From Patescibacteria group bacterium (lineage in GTDB: Bacteria > Patescibacteriota > Microgenomatia > 0-14-0-10-38-17), in NCBI GenBank assembly GCA_050953885.1, contig JBMNNJ010000001.1:271437-335436 (forward strand): a stretch of DNA of 64,000 nucleotides, given 5' to 3'. Both the position numbers and the translations under genes were made by a program. A model generated the notes under the pieces. That model was given only the letters and a program-made list of their open reading frames with translations. It did not search any database and was not told the DNA's origin. This document shows, in pieces, positions 30,865-39,216 of the stretch (position 1 is the first letter of the stretch; the number at the start of each line of letters is the position of its first letter).

Positions 30865-30981
30865 AGAAATACACCTTCCAGGTGTCCCAGGTTCACACCT
30901 GGCATATTTTTCCTCTTTGGTGATAAAACACGACTAAAATATACTCCAGGTGTCAAGCTAAGATACTTTCCAGGTGTACAA
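30865..30981 (+). repeat. ~120-bp multi-hairpin direct repeat, copy 3
   Basis: agaaatacaccttccaggtgtcccaggttcacacctggc...ccaggtgtcaagctaagatactttccaggtgtacaa. Confidence 0.93.
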
Positions 30982-31016
30982 ATCCACTGAGAATAAAAAA
31001 ATTAATTGCGATCTTA

Positions 31017-31769
31017 CTAAATCTCTATCCCTATCGGACAATGATCCGAACCTTTAATTTGGTTTAAAATAAAGGCGTTTTTCAACTTGATCGCCAACTT
31101 TTGGGTAACAAAAACATAATCAATCCGCCAGCCCAAATTACGCGCCCGGGCGTTGGCATAATAGGGCCACCAAGTATAAGCATCCTTTTTTTTCGGATAA
31201 AATTTTCTAAAACTATCAATAAAACCGTTGCCGACTAGCTGGTTAATTCTGGCCCGCTCTTCGGGGGTAAACATAATGTTATTTTTATTTTCTTTTGGCC
31301 GGGCTAAATCAATTTCCTCATGGGCAATATTAAAATCACCCGTCAGGATAACTTTCTTTTCTTTAAGCTTTTGAAGATAATTTAAAAGATAGTCATAGAC
31401 CGCCAATTTATAGGCTAATTTTTCTTTTTGGCGGCCGCCATGAGGAAGATAAAGGTTAATCAGGCTAAACTGGGGATAGTCCAGTTTTAAAAATCTCCCC
31501 TCGTCGTCAAATTCTTTAAACCCTACCTTTTCCTCCCATGATAAAGGCTTTTGCCGGGAATAAACGGCCGTGCCGGCATATCCTTTTTTCTTCGCCGAGT
31601 TAAAATAAGAATAATAGCCTTTGAGGGAAACCAGCTCGGGGTCCAGTTGCTCTTTTGAGGCTTTTATTTCCTGAAGGCAGAGAATATCGACCCCCATTTG
31701 GTCAATTTTTAGGGCGCCTTTTTGGTAAACCGAGCGCAAGCCGTTAACATTCCAGGAAATGATTTTCAT
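31017..31769 (-). CDS. xth: Exodeoxyribonuclease III / AP endonuclease
   Basis: ISWNVNGLR, LQEIK, GDFNIAH, YTWW, GWRIDY, GSDHCP. Confidence 0.95.
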   Translation of the reverse strand: MKIISWNVNGLRSVYQKGALKIDQMGVDILCLQEIKASKEQLDPELVSLKGYYSYFNSAKKKGYAGTAVYSRQKPLSWEEKVGFKEFDDEGRFLKLDYPQFSLINLYLPHGGRQKEKLAYKLAVYDYLLNYLQKLKEKKVILTGDFNIAHEEIDLARPKENKNNIMFTPEERARINQLVGNGFIDSFRKFYPKKKDAYTWWPYYANARARNLGWRIDYVFVTQKLAIKLKNAFILNQIKGSDHCPIGIEI

Positions 31770-32035
31770 TATTCTTTATCTTACCATTATTTCCAAAACA
31801 GCCAAAACAAGCAAGGCTTGCTCGCCATCTCGTTTCTTAAAATCAAAATTTTACCTATAAATTAATTAGGGAAAAAGCCGCAAAATCTCTTTATTTTTCT
31901 CCCGAAACGCTCTAAAGCATTCCAAGATTATTTAAAAATACGGAAATTATCGCCAATTAAATACTACATAGTATTTTAAATAAAAAATTCCTAAGATTAT
32001 GGGCATGATTATTCTTAAAATTAACTAATTTAAAA

Positions 32036-32377
32036 ATGACTTTTAAAAATAAAGTTTACAAACTCGTTAAGAAAATTCCCCGCGGCAAAGTGGCCACTTA
32101 TGGCCAAATCGCCAAGCTGGCCGGCAAACCGGGGGCGGCTCGGGCGGTGGGGGTTTTGTTGAAAAATAACCCCTACATTGGCGTTCCCTGCCATCGGGTG
32201 GTTGGCGCCAAGAGAGAATTAGTTGGCTATTCAAGAGGAGAGGGAATTAAGAGCAAAAAACAAATTCTTAAAAACGAGGGGGTCTTTTTTAAAGGGGGTA
32301 GGGTAGACTTAGAAAAATCGGGCTGGAAACCAAAAAAAATGGAGGAGCGAACTTTCCGCCCGAGGAAAAACAGGTAG
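32036..32377 (+). CDS. MGMT family (O6-alkylguanine alkyltransferase-like) protein
   Basis: IPRGKVATYGQIA, ARAVG, PCHRV with the acceptor Cys. Confidence 0.9.
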   Translation: MTFKNKVYKLVKKIPRGKVATYGQIAKLAGKPGAARAVGVLLKNNPYIGVPCHRVVGAKRELVGYSRGEGIKSKKQILKNEGVFFKGGRVDLEKSGWKPKKMEERTFRPRKNR

Positions 32378-32458
32378 TTCGCGCCAAAAAGGAAAGCAGA
32401 GAGTAAAACCGGAAAGTTCAAACACTCACGCTGAAAATATGTTAAAATTGAGGTTGTT

Positions 32459-32535
32459 CGGGGATTAGCGCAGTTGGCTAGCGCGCGTGCTTTGGGAGCA
32501 TGAGGTCGCCGGTTCGAGTCCGGCATCCCCGACCA
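32459..32535 (+). tRNA. tRNA-Pro(TGG)
   Basis: cgtgc-tt-TGG-ga-gcatg, encoded CCA. Confidence 0.95.
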
Positions 32536-32538
32536 AAA

Positions 32539-32609
32539 GCGGGATTAGTTGATCGGCTCAACGTCAGCTTTCCAAGCTGAAGAGACGGGTTCGACCCCCG
32601 TATCCCGCT
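32539..32609 (+). tRNA. tRNA-Gly(TCC)
   Basis: tcagc-tt-TCC-aa-gctga. Confidence 0.92.
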
Positions 32610-33937
32610 CATTTTTCTTCTAAAACCTGCGCGACCGCTTCAATCAGGGGAGGGTAGGGGAGATAACGATAAAGTTGGTCTTGCCAGTCGGCTTGGCTAA
32701 TGTCCACCACCGGTTCCACTCCATTGCTTTCAATCGGCTGGCCATCATCGCGAAGCGTAAGGCTGTGAACCAAAAATACCGAATATTTTTCTTTTTCGTC
32801 AATCTGTGTTTCTAAAGGAAAAACCTTCTCAATTGTTCCCCAACCGCGCGTTTTTTCTCCTACCAAAATCCCCACATTATATTTTTTTAAAGCCGCCGCC
32901 ATAATTTCCGCCGATGACTGGGTTTGGCCATCAACCAAAATAACCACTTTCTTATAGCGCACTAAAGACGGCAGCCAGCCTACCCGTGTTTGATAATCAA
33001 TCGTTTGCCCCTGATGAAGAAATTGATAAGCATAATTATTCTGCCCGATAAAAGGCCCCAAGAGGTAAGGAAGAACATCCACCGACCCGCCGATATTCCC
33101 CCGTAAATCCAAAATCAGGCTATCAAGCACCTCTCCCTGATCCACTTTTTTGGTAACCCGTTCCAGCTCGGCAAAAGTGGTGGGAGAAATTTTTTCAATC
33201 TGGATATAAAAAACTTCCGGCGTTAAAAGCCGATAGGAAAGAGTCGGCTCCACCCCATAAGTGTCATAAAGCTGACGGCTTTCCTCGTCCCTCAAAACCT
33301 CAAAAGCGTTTTGAATTTGAGCTAATTTTTGGGCGGCTTCCGCTGACGCCTCCACTTGAGGAGAAAGTTGGGCCACTTTCTCCTGATAGACTTTTTTTAT
33401 CTCCTCGGAAGAGGCGTCTTTTTCTACCTCTAAAACCGCATACTGATCCACACTTGGATCGCGATTTTCCACCTTGTCTCTTAATTCCGTTTCTTCTTTT
33501 TGGCTATAAAGACGGCTACGGCCAAAGGGCTCCAAATTGGCCAAAACAATATCTGCCGTTTGTGTTGCCAATTGCTTTTTCTTTTCCTCATCGTCAATCT
33601 GCTCAATAATTTTGCCCATCATTTCCAAAAGCGCCTCTTTATTTTTCTCTTTTAAAGCTTGGGGCTGACCGGTTAATTTTTCCGTGGCCAAAATAAAAAG
33701 AGAGGTAAGCTCTTCGTCGCTTAAGGCCTTCCAGTAATTTTCCTTAATTTTTCCGTAAATTTCGTCAATAAAGGAAACATAAACATTTTGCGTTGCCGAA
33801 TTAACGGCCGGGGAAGGGGATAACCGACCATAATTTTTGAAAATTAAAAAAGCCCCGCAAGAAGCTCCCAGCAAAAAAATTAAGGAAAAAAGGAGTGCTC
33901 GCCAAATTTTCTGGTTTTTCTCCGTCTTGATTTTCAT
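32609..33937 (-). CDS. S41-family peptidase with an internal J-domain-like insertion
   Basis: N-terminal TM; LILDLRGNIGG, QSSAEIMA, IESNGVEP; J-like segment DQYAVLEV...LYDTYG. Confidence 0.8.
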   Translation of the reverse strand: MKIKTEKNQKIWRALLFSLIFLLGASCGAFLIFKNYGRLSPSPAVNSATQNVYVSFIDEIYGKIKENYWKALSDEELTSLFILATEKLTGQPQALKEKNKEALLEMMGKIIEQIDDEEKKKQLATQTADIVLANLEPFGRSRLYSQKEETELRDKVENRDPSVDQYAVLEVEKDASSEEIKKVYQEKVAQLSPQVEASAEAAQKLAQIQNAFEVLRDEESRQLYDTYGVEPTLSYRLLTPEVFYIQIEKISPTTFAELERVTKKVDQGEVLDSLILDLRGNIGGSVDVLPYLLGPFIGQNNYAYQFLHQGQTIDYQTRVGWLPSLVRYKKVVILVDGQTQSSAEIMAAALKKYNVGILVGEKTRGWGTIEKVFPLETQIDEKEKYSVFLVHSLTLRDDGQPIESNGVEPVVDISQADWQDQLYRYLPYPPLIEAVAQVLEEK

Positions 33938-34000
33938 TTCGGCTTTTGTATAATCAAGTATACGGTTTTAAAAAGCAATCTTCAAGGGCTAAAATAAAAA

Positions 34001-35047
34001 ATGACTAAAAGCAAAGTTTACCAAATTCGGTGGCAGGATTACCAAAAAAATCCTCAAATTCTCACCACTATTTTAAACTCCTACCAAAATTATTGGCAGG
34101 AAGAAATTGCCATAAAAACTCATTTTGGCGAACCGGGCAATAAGAACGCCCTGCGGGGAGAATTAATCAAACCGATAGCCAATTGGTTTGTAAAAAATAA
34201 CCTTCAAGCCTTTTTAACCGATGCCAACACTCTTTATCTTGGCAAACGAGCCAATGCCCAAGACCATCTTAAAACCGCAAAAGATCATGGCTTTGCCGAT
34301 CTTGGTTTGCCTATTATCATTGCCGATGGTGAGCGGGGGGAAAAAGAAAAAGAAATTAAATTGAAAGATCTTAAAAACCAATATCAAAACTTGCCCATAA
34401 AAATCGGCGCCAAAATTGCCGAAGCTAAAAGCATTTTTTGCTTAAGCCACTTTAAAGGCCACCCTCTTTTTGGTTTTGGCGGCGCTTTAAAAAATTTAGG
34501 TATGGGTTCGGCCAGCCCAAACGGAAAAAGAATTCTCCATGCCAGCGTTCGCGGCGAAGTTGACAGGGCAAAATGCCTCCTTTGCGGCACCTGTATCAGA
34601 TTTTGCCCTGCCCAGGCAATTAAAATTGAAAATAACCAGATTGTTTTTGACGATCAAAAATGCATTGGCTGCGGTGAATGTATTACTGTTTGCCCCCAAA
34701 AAGCGATTGGAGCCGGCGGGGGAGAAAGCAGAATTTGCCAAGAAAAAACCGCTGTTTACGCCTTAGGGGTGGTAAAAAATAAGCCGCTCCTTTGTTTAAG
34801 CCTTCTTATTAATATTAATCCTCTTTGTGATTGCGCCGGACAAACGGCCAAAAAACTAATTAACGATTTAGGAATTCTGATTTCTCAAGACCCGGTGGCC
34901 ATTGATCAGGCCAGCCTTGACTGGGCCAATCAAGCGGCCGGTAAAGACCTTTTTGCCGAAGTTCATGGCATTGACTATACCCCCATTCTTAAAATGGGTG
35001 AAGAAATCGGCTTAGGAAGACGCGATTATGAAATAAAAAAAGTTTGA
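34001..35047 (+). CDS. DUF362 family Fe-S protein with a 2x[4Fe-4S] ferredoxin insert
   Basis: KTHFGEPGN, SHFKGH, GGALKNLGMG, two CxxCxxCxxxCP motifs, DPVAIDQAS. Confidence 0.88.
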   Translation: MTKSKVYQIRWQDYQKNPQILTTILNSYQNYWQEEIAIKTHFGEPGNKNALRGELIKPIANWFVKNNLQAFLTDANTLYLGKRANAQDHLKTAKDHGFADLGLPIIIADGERGEKEKEIKLKDLKNQYQNLPIKIGAKIAEAKSIFCLSHFKGHPLFGFGGALKNLGMGSASPNGKRILHASVRGEVDRAKCLLCGTCIRFCPAQAIKIENNQIVFDDQKCIGCGECITVCPQKAIGAGGGESRICQEKTAVYALGVVKNKPLLCLSLLININPLCDCAGQTAKKLINDLGILISQDPVAIDQASLDWANQAAGKDLFAEVHGIDYTPILKMGEEIGLGRRDYEIKKV

Positions 35048-35119
35048 TCTTCTTATTTGTATTTATCCCCTTTGTTTGGTAAAATTAGGCTGGCGTTGGG
35101 GCTAAGTGGCGGTTTTTTT

Positions 35120-35131
35120 TGCTCTTTGAAA
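35120..35131 (+). promoter_or_regulatory. BoxA-like antitermination element before the tRNA cluster
   Basis: TGCTCTTTGAAA about 10 nt upstream of tRNA-Arg; resembles rrn BoxA. Confidence 0.45.
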
Positions 35132-35141
35132 TTTATTTTTG

Positions 35142-35215
35142 GTCCCCGTAGCTTAGTTGGACAGAGCAACTCCCTTCTAAGGAGTAGGTTGTGAGTTCGA
35201 ATCTCACCGGGGACA
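35142..35215 (+). tRNA. tRNA-Arg(TCT)
   Basis: actcc-ct-TCT-aa-ggagt. Confidence 0.94.
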
Positions 35216-35461
35216 CAAATTAGTCATTTGGCTAAATCGTATTTAGTATTAAGTATTAAGTCTGACTAGGATATAATTCGTCATGATGAATTCAATTCAG
35301 CATCTTTATGTAATGTTTTAGATTCTGACTTTCGTCAGAATGACGTTTCCGACAAATTAACGGTTTAACAATATAGTGTATTGTATTTTTACCCCTATCA
35401 TATATAATACAAGAGACAAAATACTAATTTTCATTTTTAACTTTTAAATTTTAACTGTTTT

Positions 35462-35513
35462 GCACCCGTAGCTCAGTTGGCAGATCCGCCAACTGGCGGA
35501 CTTTTAAGCAGTG
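35462..35513 (+). pseudogene. Truncated tRNA-Lys copy disrupted by a palindrome
   Basis: gcacccgtagctcagttggcag + atccgccaactggcgga + cttttaagcagtg; no T-arm. Confidence 0.75.
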
Positions 35514-35561
35514 AGCATTATAAAATAAACAGTAATTCATTAATTAAATAAGCGATTATTC

Positions 35562-35634
35562 GCGCCCGTAGCTCAGCTGGCAGAGCACCTGCCTTTTAAG
35601 CAGTGGGTCGGGAGTCCGAGTCTCCCCGGGCGCA
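35562..35634 (+). tRNA. tRNA-Lys(TTT)
   Basis: ctgc-ct-TTT-aa-gcag; atypical T-loop TCCGAGT. Confidence 0.88.
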
Positions 35635-35825
35635 CTAATCAACTGTATTTTGTATTCAGTATTAAGTATTCTGTATCAAAAAGATTCTGACTTTCGTCAG
35701 AATGACGTTTCCGACAAATTAACGGTTTAACAATATAGTGTATTGTATTTTTACCCCTATCATACGCAATACAAGATACCAGAGACAAAATACTAATTTT
35801 GATTTTTACTTTTAACTTTCTCTTC

Positions 35826-35901
35826 GCACCCATAGCTCAGTTGGCAGAGCATCCGCCTCTTAAGCGGCAGGTCGAGAGTTCGAATCTCTCTGGGTGCACC
35901 A
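35826..35901 (+). tRNA. tRNA-Lys(CTT)
   Basis: ccgc-ct-CTT-aa-gcgg, encoded CCA. Confidence 0.94.
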
Positions 35902-36026
35902 AAAGTTAGTAACTCGTAACCGGTAACTCGTAATTATTAAATAATCTACCGCAAGAGGGAAAAATCACCCTCCCTTTAAATAATTGAGTATTACAAGTTA
36001 CGGATTACAAGTTACCAACAATTTAA

Positions 36027-36113
36027 GGAGAGGTGCGAGAGCGGTTTAATCGGCACGCCTGGAGAGCGTGTGTGGCCGTAAGGTTACCGAGGGTTCGAAT
36101 CCCTCCCTCTCCG
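36027..36113 (+). tRNA. tRNA-Ser(GGA)
   Basis: cacgc-ct-GGA-ga-gcgtg, long variable arm. Confidence 0.94.
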
Positions 36114-36132
36114 CTAATTTTAAAAAACAACG

Positions 36133-36219
36133 GGAGAGGTGCCAGAGTGGTTAAATGGGCCGGTCTTGAAAACCGGAGTATCCGCAAGGGTACCGCGAGT
36201 TCGAATCTCGCCCTCTCCG
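36133..36219 (+). tRNA. tRNA-Ser(TGA)
   Basis: ccggt-ct-TGA-aa-accgg, long variable arm. Confidence 0.94.
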
Positions 36220-36283
36220 CCCATTCTTCTTAGAATAAATTTCTGTTAGAAAGAACCAAAAATGATATAATTTACAAAGTTAC

Positions 36284-36357
36284 GGTGGCTATAGCTCAAT
36301 GGTTAGAGCGCTTGCCTGTGGAGCAAGATGTTGCCGGTTCGAGCCCGGTTAGCCACC
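36284..36357 (+). tRNA. tRNA-His(GTG)
   Basis: cttgc-ct-GTG-ga-gcaag; encoded G-1 and C73. Confidence 0.94.
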
Positions 36358-36425
36358 CATTAATATTATTATTAAATAATTTTCCCTCTTGCTAAAAAAA
36401 ATTGTTTGTGCTAATTTATTAAAAT

Positions 36426-37448
36426 ATGATTGCCAAACCAAAAAACAAAACCAAGGTGGGGAAAAAATCGCCAAAAATCCCTAAAGAAATTTCGTTCTCA
36501 CCAAAACTTCTTACCAAAATTCTTTTAGGAGTGATAATTTTCCTTTTGCCTTTTGGTCTCTTGACTCTTCTTAAAGAAATTAAGGTAGGCTCCTATTCTT
36601 TTGCTTTCCAAACCGGCTATGTTAACTCTCAAGAGGCCGGGGAAATTGCCCAAAAATTTATCGGCGAAAAAATTATCGGCGGCGAAGTTAAGGTGGCAAA
36701 AGTGACCGATGAAGGCAGCCTTTATAGCTTTGACTTAGAAATTCCCAATCAAGGTAATTTTACCTCCTACATTACTAAAGACGGTCGCTTCATCTTCCCT
36801 GGCGGTTATGATTTAAAACAATTTACCCAAAATGAGGAAAACACCGCCGCGGCAAGCCAGGGCGCGGAAATTCCTAAAAGCGATCAGCCCACTGCCCAAC
36901 TTTTCCTGATGAGTTTTTGCCCGTATGGTAATCAAGCCGAAGAAATAATGATGCCGGTAGCGGAGTTACTTAAAAACTCGATAAATATTGAGCCCCATTA
37001 TATTGTTTCCAAGGTAGGAGATGAATACCAATCTCTCCACGGCGAACAGGAGTTAAATCAGGATGTGCGCGAGCTCTGTGTTTATAAATATCAGCCGGAA
37101 AAATTCTGGGCCTTCTTAAAACAAATTAATCAGGATTGCACCGCCGAAAACGCCGACACTTGCTGGAAAGGATCAGCCAGTAAAATAGGCATTAATATTA
37201 ACCAAATAAGCAACTGCGAAAAAAACGAAAAAAATGCTCTTCTTGATGCCGAAATTGCTTTAACAGAAAAATATGGGGTAGGGGGCTCGCCAACCCTGCT
37301 TATTAATGAAACCACTTATCAAGGAAGCCGTTCCGAAGAGGCCTACAAACAAGCTATTTGCGGCGCTTTTAACCAAGCTCCCCAAGAGTGCAACACGGTT
37401 TTAGGAGAAACAACCGATCAAACTACTGCCGGCGGGGGTTGCCAATGA
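36426..37448 (+). CDS. Membrane-anchored thioredoxin-fold (DsbA/GILT-like) protein
   Basis: TM anchor, YITKDGRFIF, MSFCPYG, SLHGEQE, GVGGSPTLLIN, Cys-rich C-terminus. Confidence 0.7.
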   Translation: MIAKPKNKTKVGKKSPKIPKEISFSPKLLTKILLGVIIFLLPFGLLTLLKEIKVGSYSFAFQTGYVNSQEAGEIAQKFIGEKIIGGEVKVAKVTDEGSLYSFDLEIPNQGNFTSYITKDGRFIFPGGYDLKQFTQNEENTAAASQGAEIPKSDQPTAQLFLMSFCPYGNQAEEIMMPVAELLKNSINIEPHYIVSKVGDEYQSLHGEQELNQDVRELCVYKYQPEKFWAFLKQINQDCTAENADTCWKGSASKIGININQISNCEKNEKNALLDAEIALTEKYGVGGSPTLLINETTYQGSRSEEAYKQAICGAFNQAPQECNTVLGETTDQTTAGGGCQ

Positions 37449-37876
37449 AATCTACTTCTTGTCAAATCGCAGAAGAAAAAGTCTTTTTAATCAGGCTTGA
37501 CCGCGGTGAAGAAATTGTTACCTCGCTTTTGAAATTTATTCAGGAAAAAAAACTAAAAGGCGGCTTTTTATTTGGCATTGGCGCGGTTGATAAAGCTAAA
37601 TTAGCTCATTATTCTGTCTCCAAGAAAAGATATACCGAAAAAGAATTTCTTCTCCCTCTTGAGCTTACCAGCCTTCAGGGAGACTTAGCCTTCCTGAAGG
37701 GGAAGCCACTTCTTCACCTTCACGCTACTTTTGCTAAAAAAGATTTTTCTCTTCTCGGCGGCCATCTTGTTGAGGCAAGAATTTCCGGTACCGGAGAAAT
37801 CATCTTTTTCCCTTTTACCAAAAAACAGGCAAAGGCCTTCGATCAAGAAACAGGTCTTAATATCTTTAAAATTTAA
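37445..37876 (+). CDS. PPC/DUF296 domain protein
   Basis: IRLDRGEE, GIGAV, ELTSLQG, HLHA, GGHL. Confidence 0.88.
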   Translation: MKSTSCQIAEEKVFLIRLDRGEEIVTSLLKFIQEKKLKGGFLFGIGAVDKAKLAHYSVSKKRYTEKEFLLPLELTSLQGDLAFLKGKPLLHLHATFAKKDFSLLGGHLVEARISGTGEIIFFPFTKKQAKAFDQETGLNIFKI

Positions 37877-38963
37877 AGGAAATAATATCTTCGTCTTTTA
37901 GACGATAATCTAAACTAACCTTTTGGCCAGGGTATTTTACCGCTTTTCCCCAAACCAGGGCTCCCCTAAATTCTCTTTCTTTTTGGGGAAAAATTTTTTG
38001 GGCTAATTTTTCCACCGAAAGATTGCCGCGAAAGACAAAAGGCTCGTTATAATCTATAGCGCCATCTTTCCCCTTAAGATAAACTCTTTTTAGATCCAAT
38101 TTTTCAAAAATTGCCCGGCCTAATTCTTTCAAGCCTTGTTTTTTTTGACCGCTGACAAAAATCACTTCCGGCATTTTCTTGCTTATTTTTCCCTGATCAC
38201 TCAAAGAAAGCAAATCGCTTTTACCAATCACCGTTACTTGCGGCAGATAAACCCTGTTGCCCAACAAGCTGTCAATAAAATCTTTTTCTTCTAAAGGCTC
38301 TTTAATAATAATCTCGGCGTTTTTAATTCCCAGCTCCTCGGCAATGGCTTTAACGGTTGTTTGGCTTATTTCTTTAAGCTGATGACTATTTTTAATAATC
38401 ACCCCCCCTTTGCTTTTGCGGTTAATCTCTACTTGAGGGGGTTGCCGATCAAGCCGCACGCCGACTTTTTCCAACTCATCAATAATTTCTTCTCTTTGTT
38501 CTAATTTAAAAGGGTCGAGGAGAATAATCACCAGATCAGCGCTTCTGACCACCGAAAGCACCTGCCGACCCCCGCCTTTCCCAAAAGAGGCGCCGGAAAT
38601 TAATCCCGGTAAATCAAAAATTTGGATTTTGGCCCCCATAAAATCAAACATCCCGGGAACAACACTGGTGGTCGTAAAGGGGTAGGGGGCCACCTTTGAA
38701 CTGGCCTTGCTTAAAGCATTCAAAAGCGTCGACTTGCCCACCGAAGGAAAACCCACTAAAGCCACCGTGGCGTCACCGCTCTTGGGCAAAGCATAACCAC
38801 CACCCCCTCCCGAACCGCCTTTTTTTTGAAGAAGCTGATCTTCAAGGCGTGCCAACTTTGCCCGCAAACGGCCAATATGATGCTCCGTGCCTTTATGATA
38901 AGGGGTGCTAATAATTTCCTGACGAAGCTTATTAATCTCGTCGTTTATTTCCTGATATCCCAT
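37866..38963 (-). CDS. DRG-type OBG-family GTPase with TGS domain
   Basis: TEHHIGRLRAKLARL, GFPSVGKST, YPFTT, DLPG, TGS tail VWGKAVKYPGQKV. Confidence 0.9.
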   Translation of the reverse strand: MGYQEINDEINKLRQEIISTPYHKGTEHHIGRLRAKLARLEDQLLQKKGGSGGGGGYALPKSGDATVALVGFPSVGKSTLLNALSKASSKVAPYPFTTTSVVPGMFDFMGAKIQIFDLPGLISGASFGKGGGRQVLSVVRSADLVIILLDPFKLEQREEIIDELEKVGVRLDRQPPQVEINRKSKGGVIIKNSHQLKEISQTTVKAIAEELGIKNAEIIIKEPLEEKDFIDSLLGNRVYLPQVTVIGKSDLLSLSDQGKISKKMPEVIFVSGQKKQGLKELGRAIFEKLDLKRVYLKGKDGAIDYNEPFVFRGNLSVEKLAQKIFPQKEREFRGALVWGKAVKYPGQKVSLDYRLKDEDIISFKF

Positions 38964-39216
38964 AAGCTGGTATAATTAAATAACACCCAAGAAAAAAATA
39001 ACCCTCGATGTTTGACGCGCTTGAGACGCTTGAGACCTGAAGCGTTTAAATTGCTTAAAGTTTAGGGCAGGTGACATTTTATTGCGTTTCACGCATTTCA
39101 AGCGCTTCAACGTCTCATACATAATCTTGCCCGCAACCGGGGCGGATCGATATTTGAGTTTTGATTTAACCCTTCCGATTTTGAATTTTGAGTTTTGAAT
39201 TTTTTTAACAACTTAT

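Noticed and set aside
26524-30981. Classical integron or prophage
   Set aside because: There is no intI or other integrase, no attC core sites, no duplicated tRNA 3' end and no phage genes. It is kept only as a non-canonical cassette hypothesis.
35320-35848. DGR template/variable repeat pair
   Set aside because: The region is non-coding, differences are indels rather than adenine-specific changes, and no reverse transcriptase is present.
36133-36219. tRNA with TGA in the loop as a stop suppressor or sign of recoding
   Set aside because: Anticodon TGA reads UCA (Ser). Conserved genes are uninterrupted in code 11 and several end in TGA.
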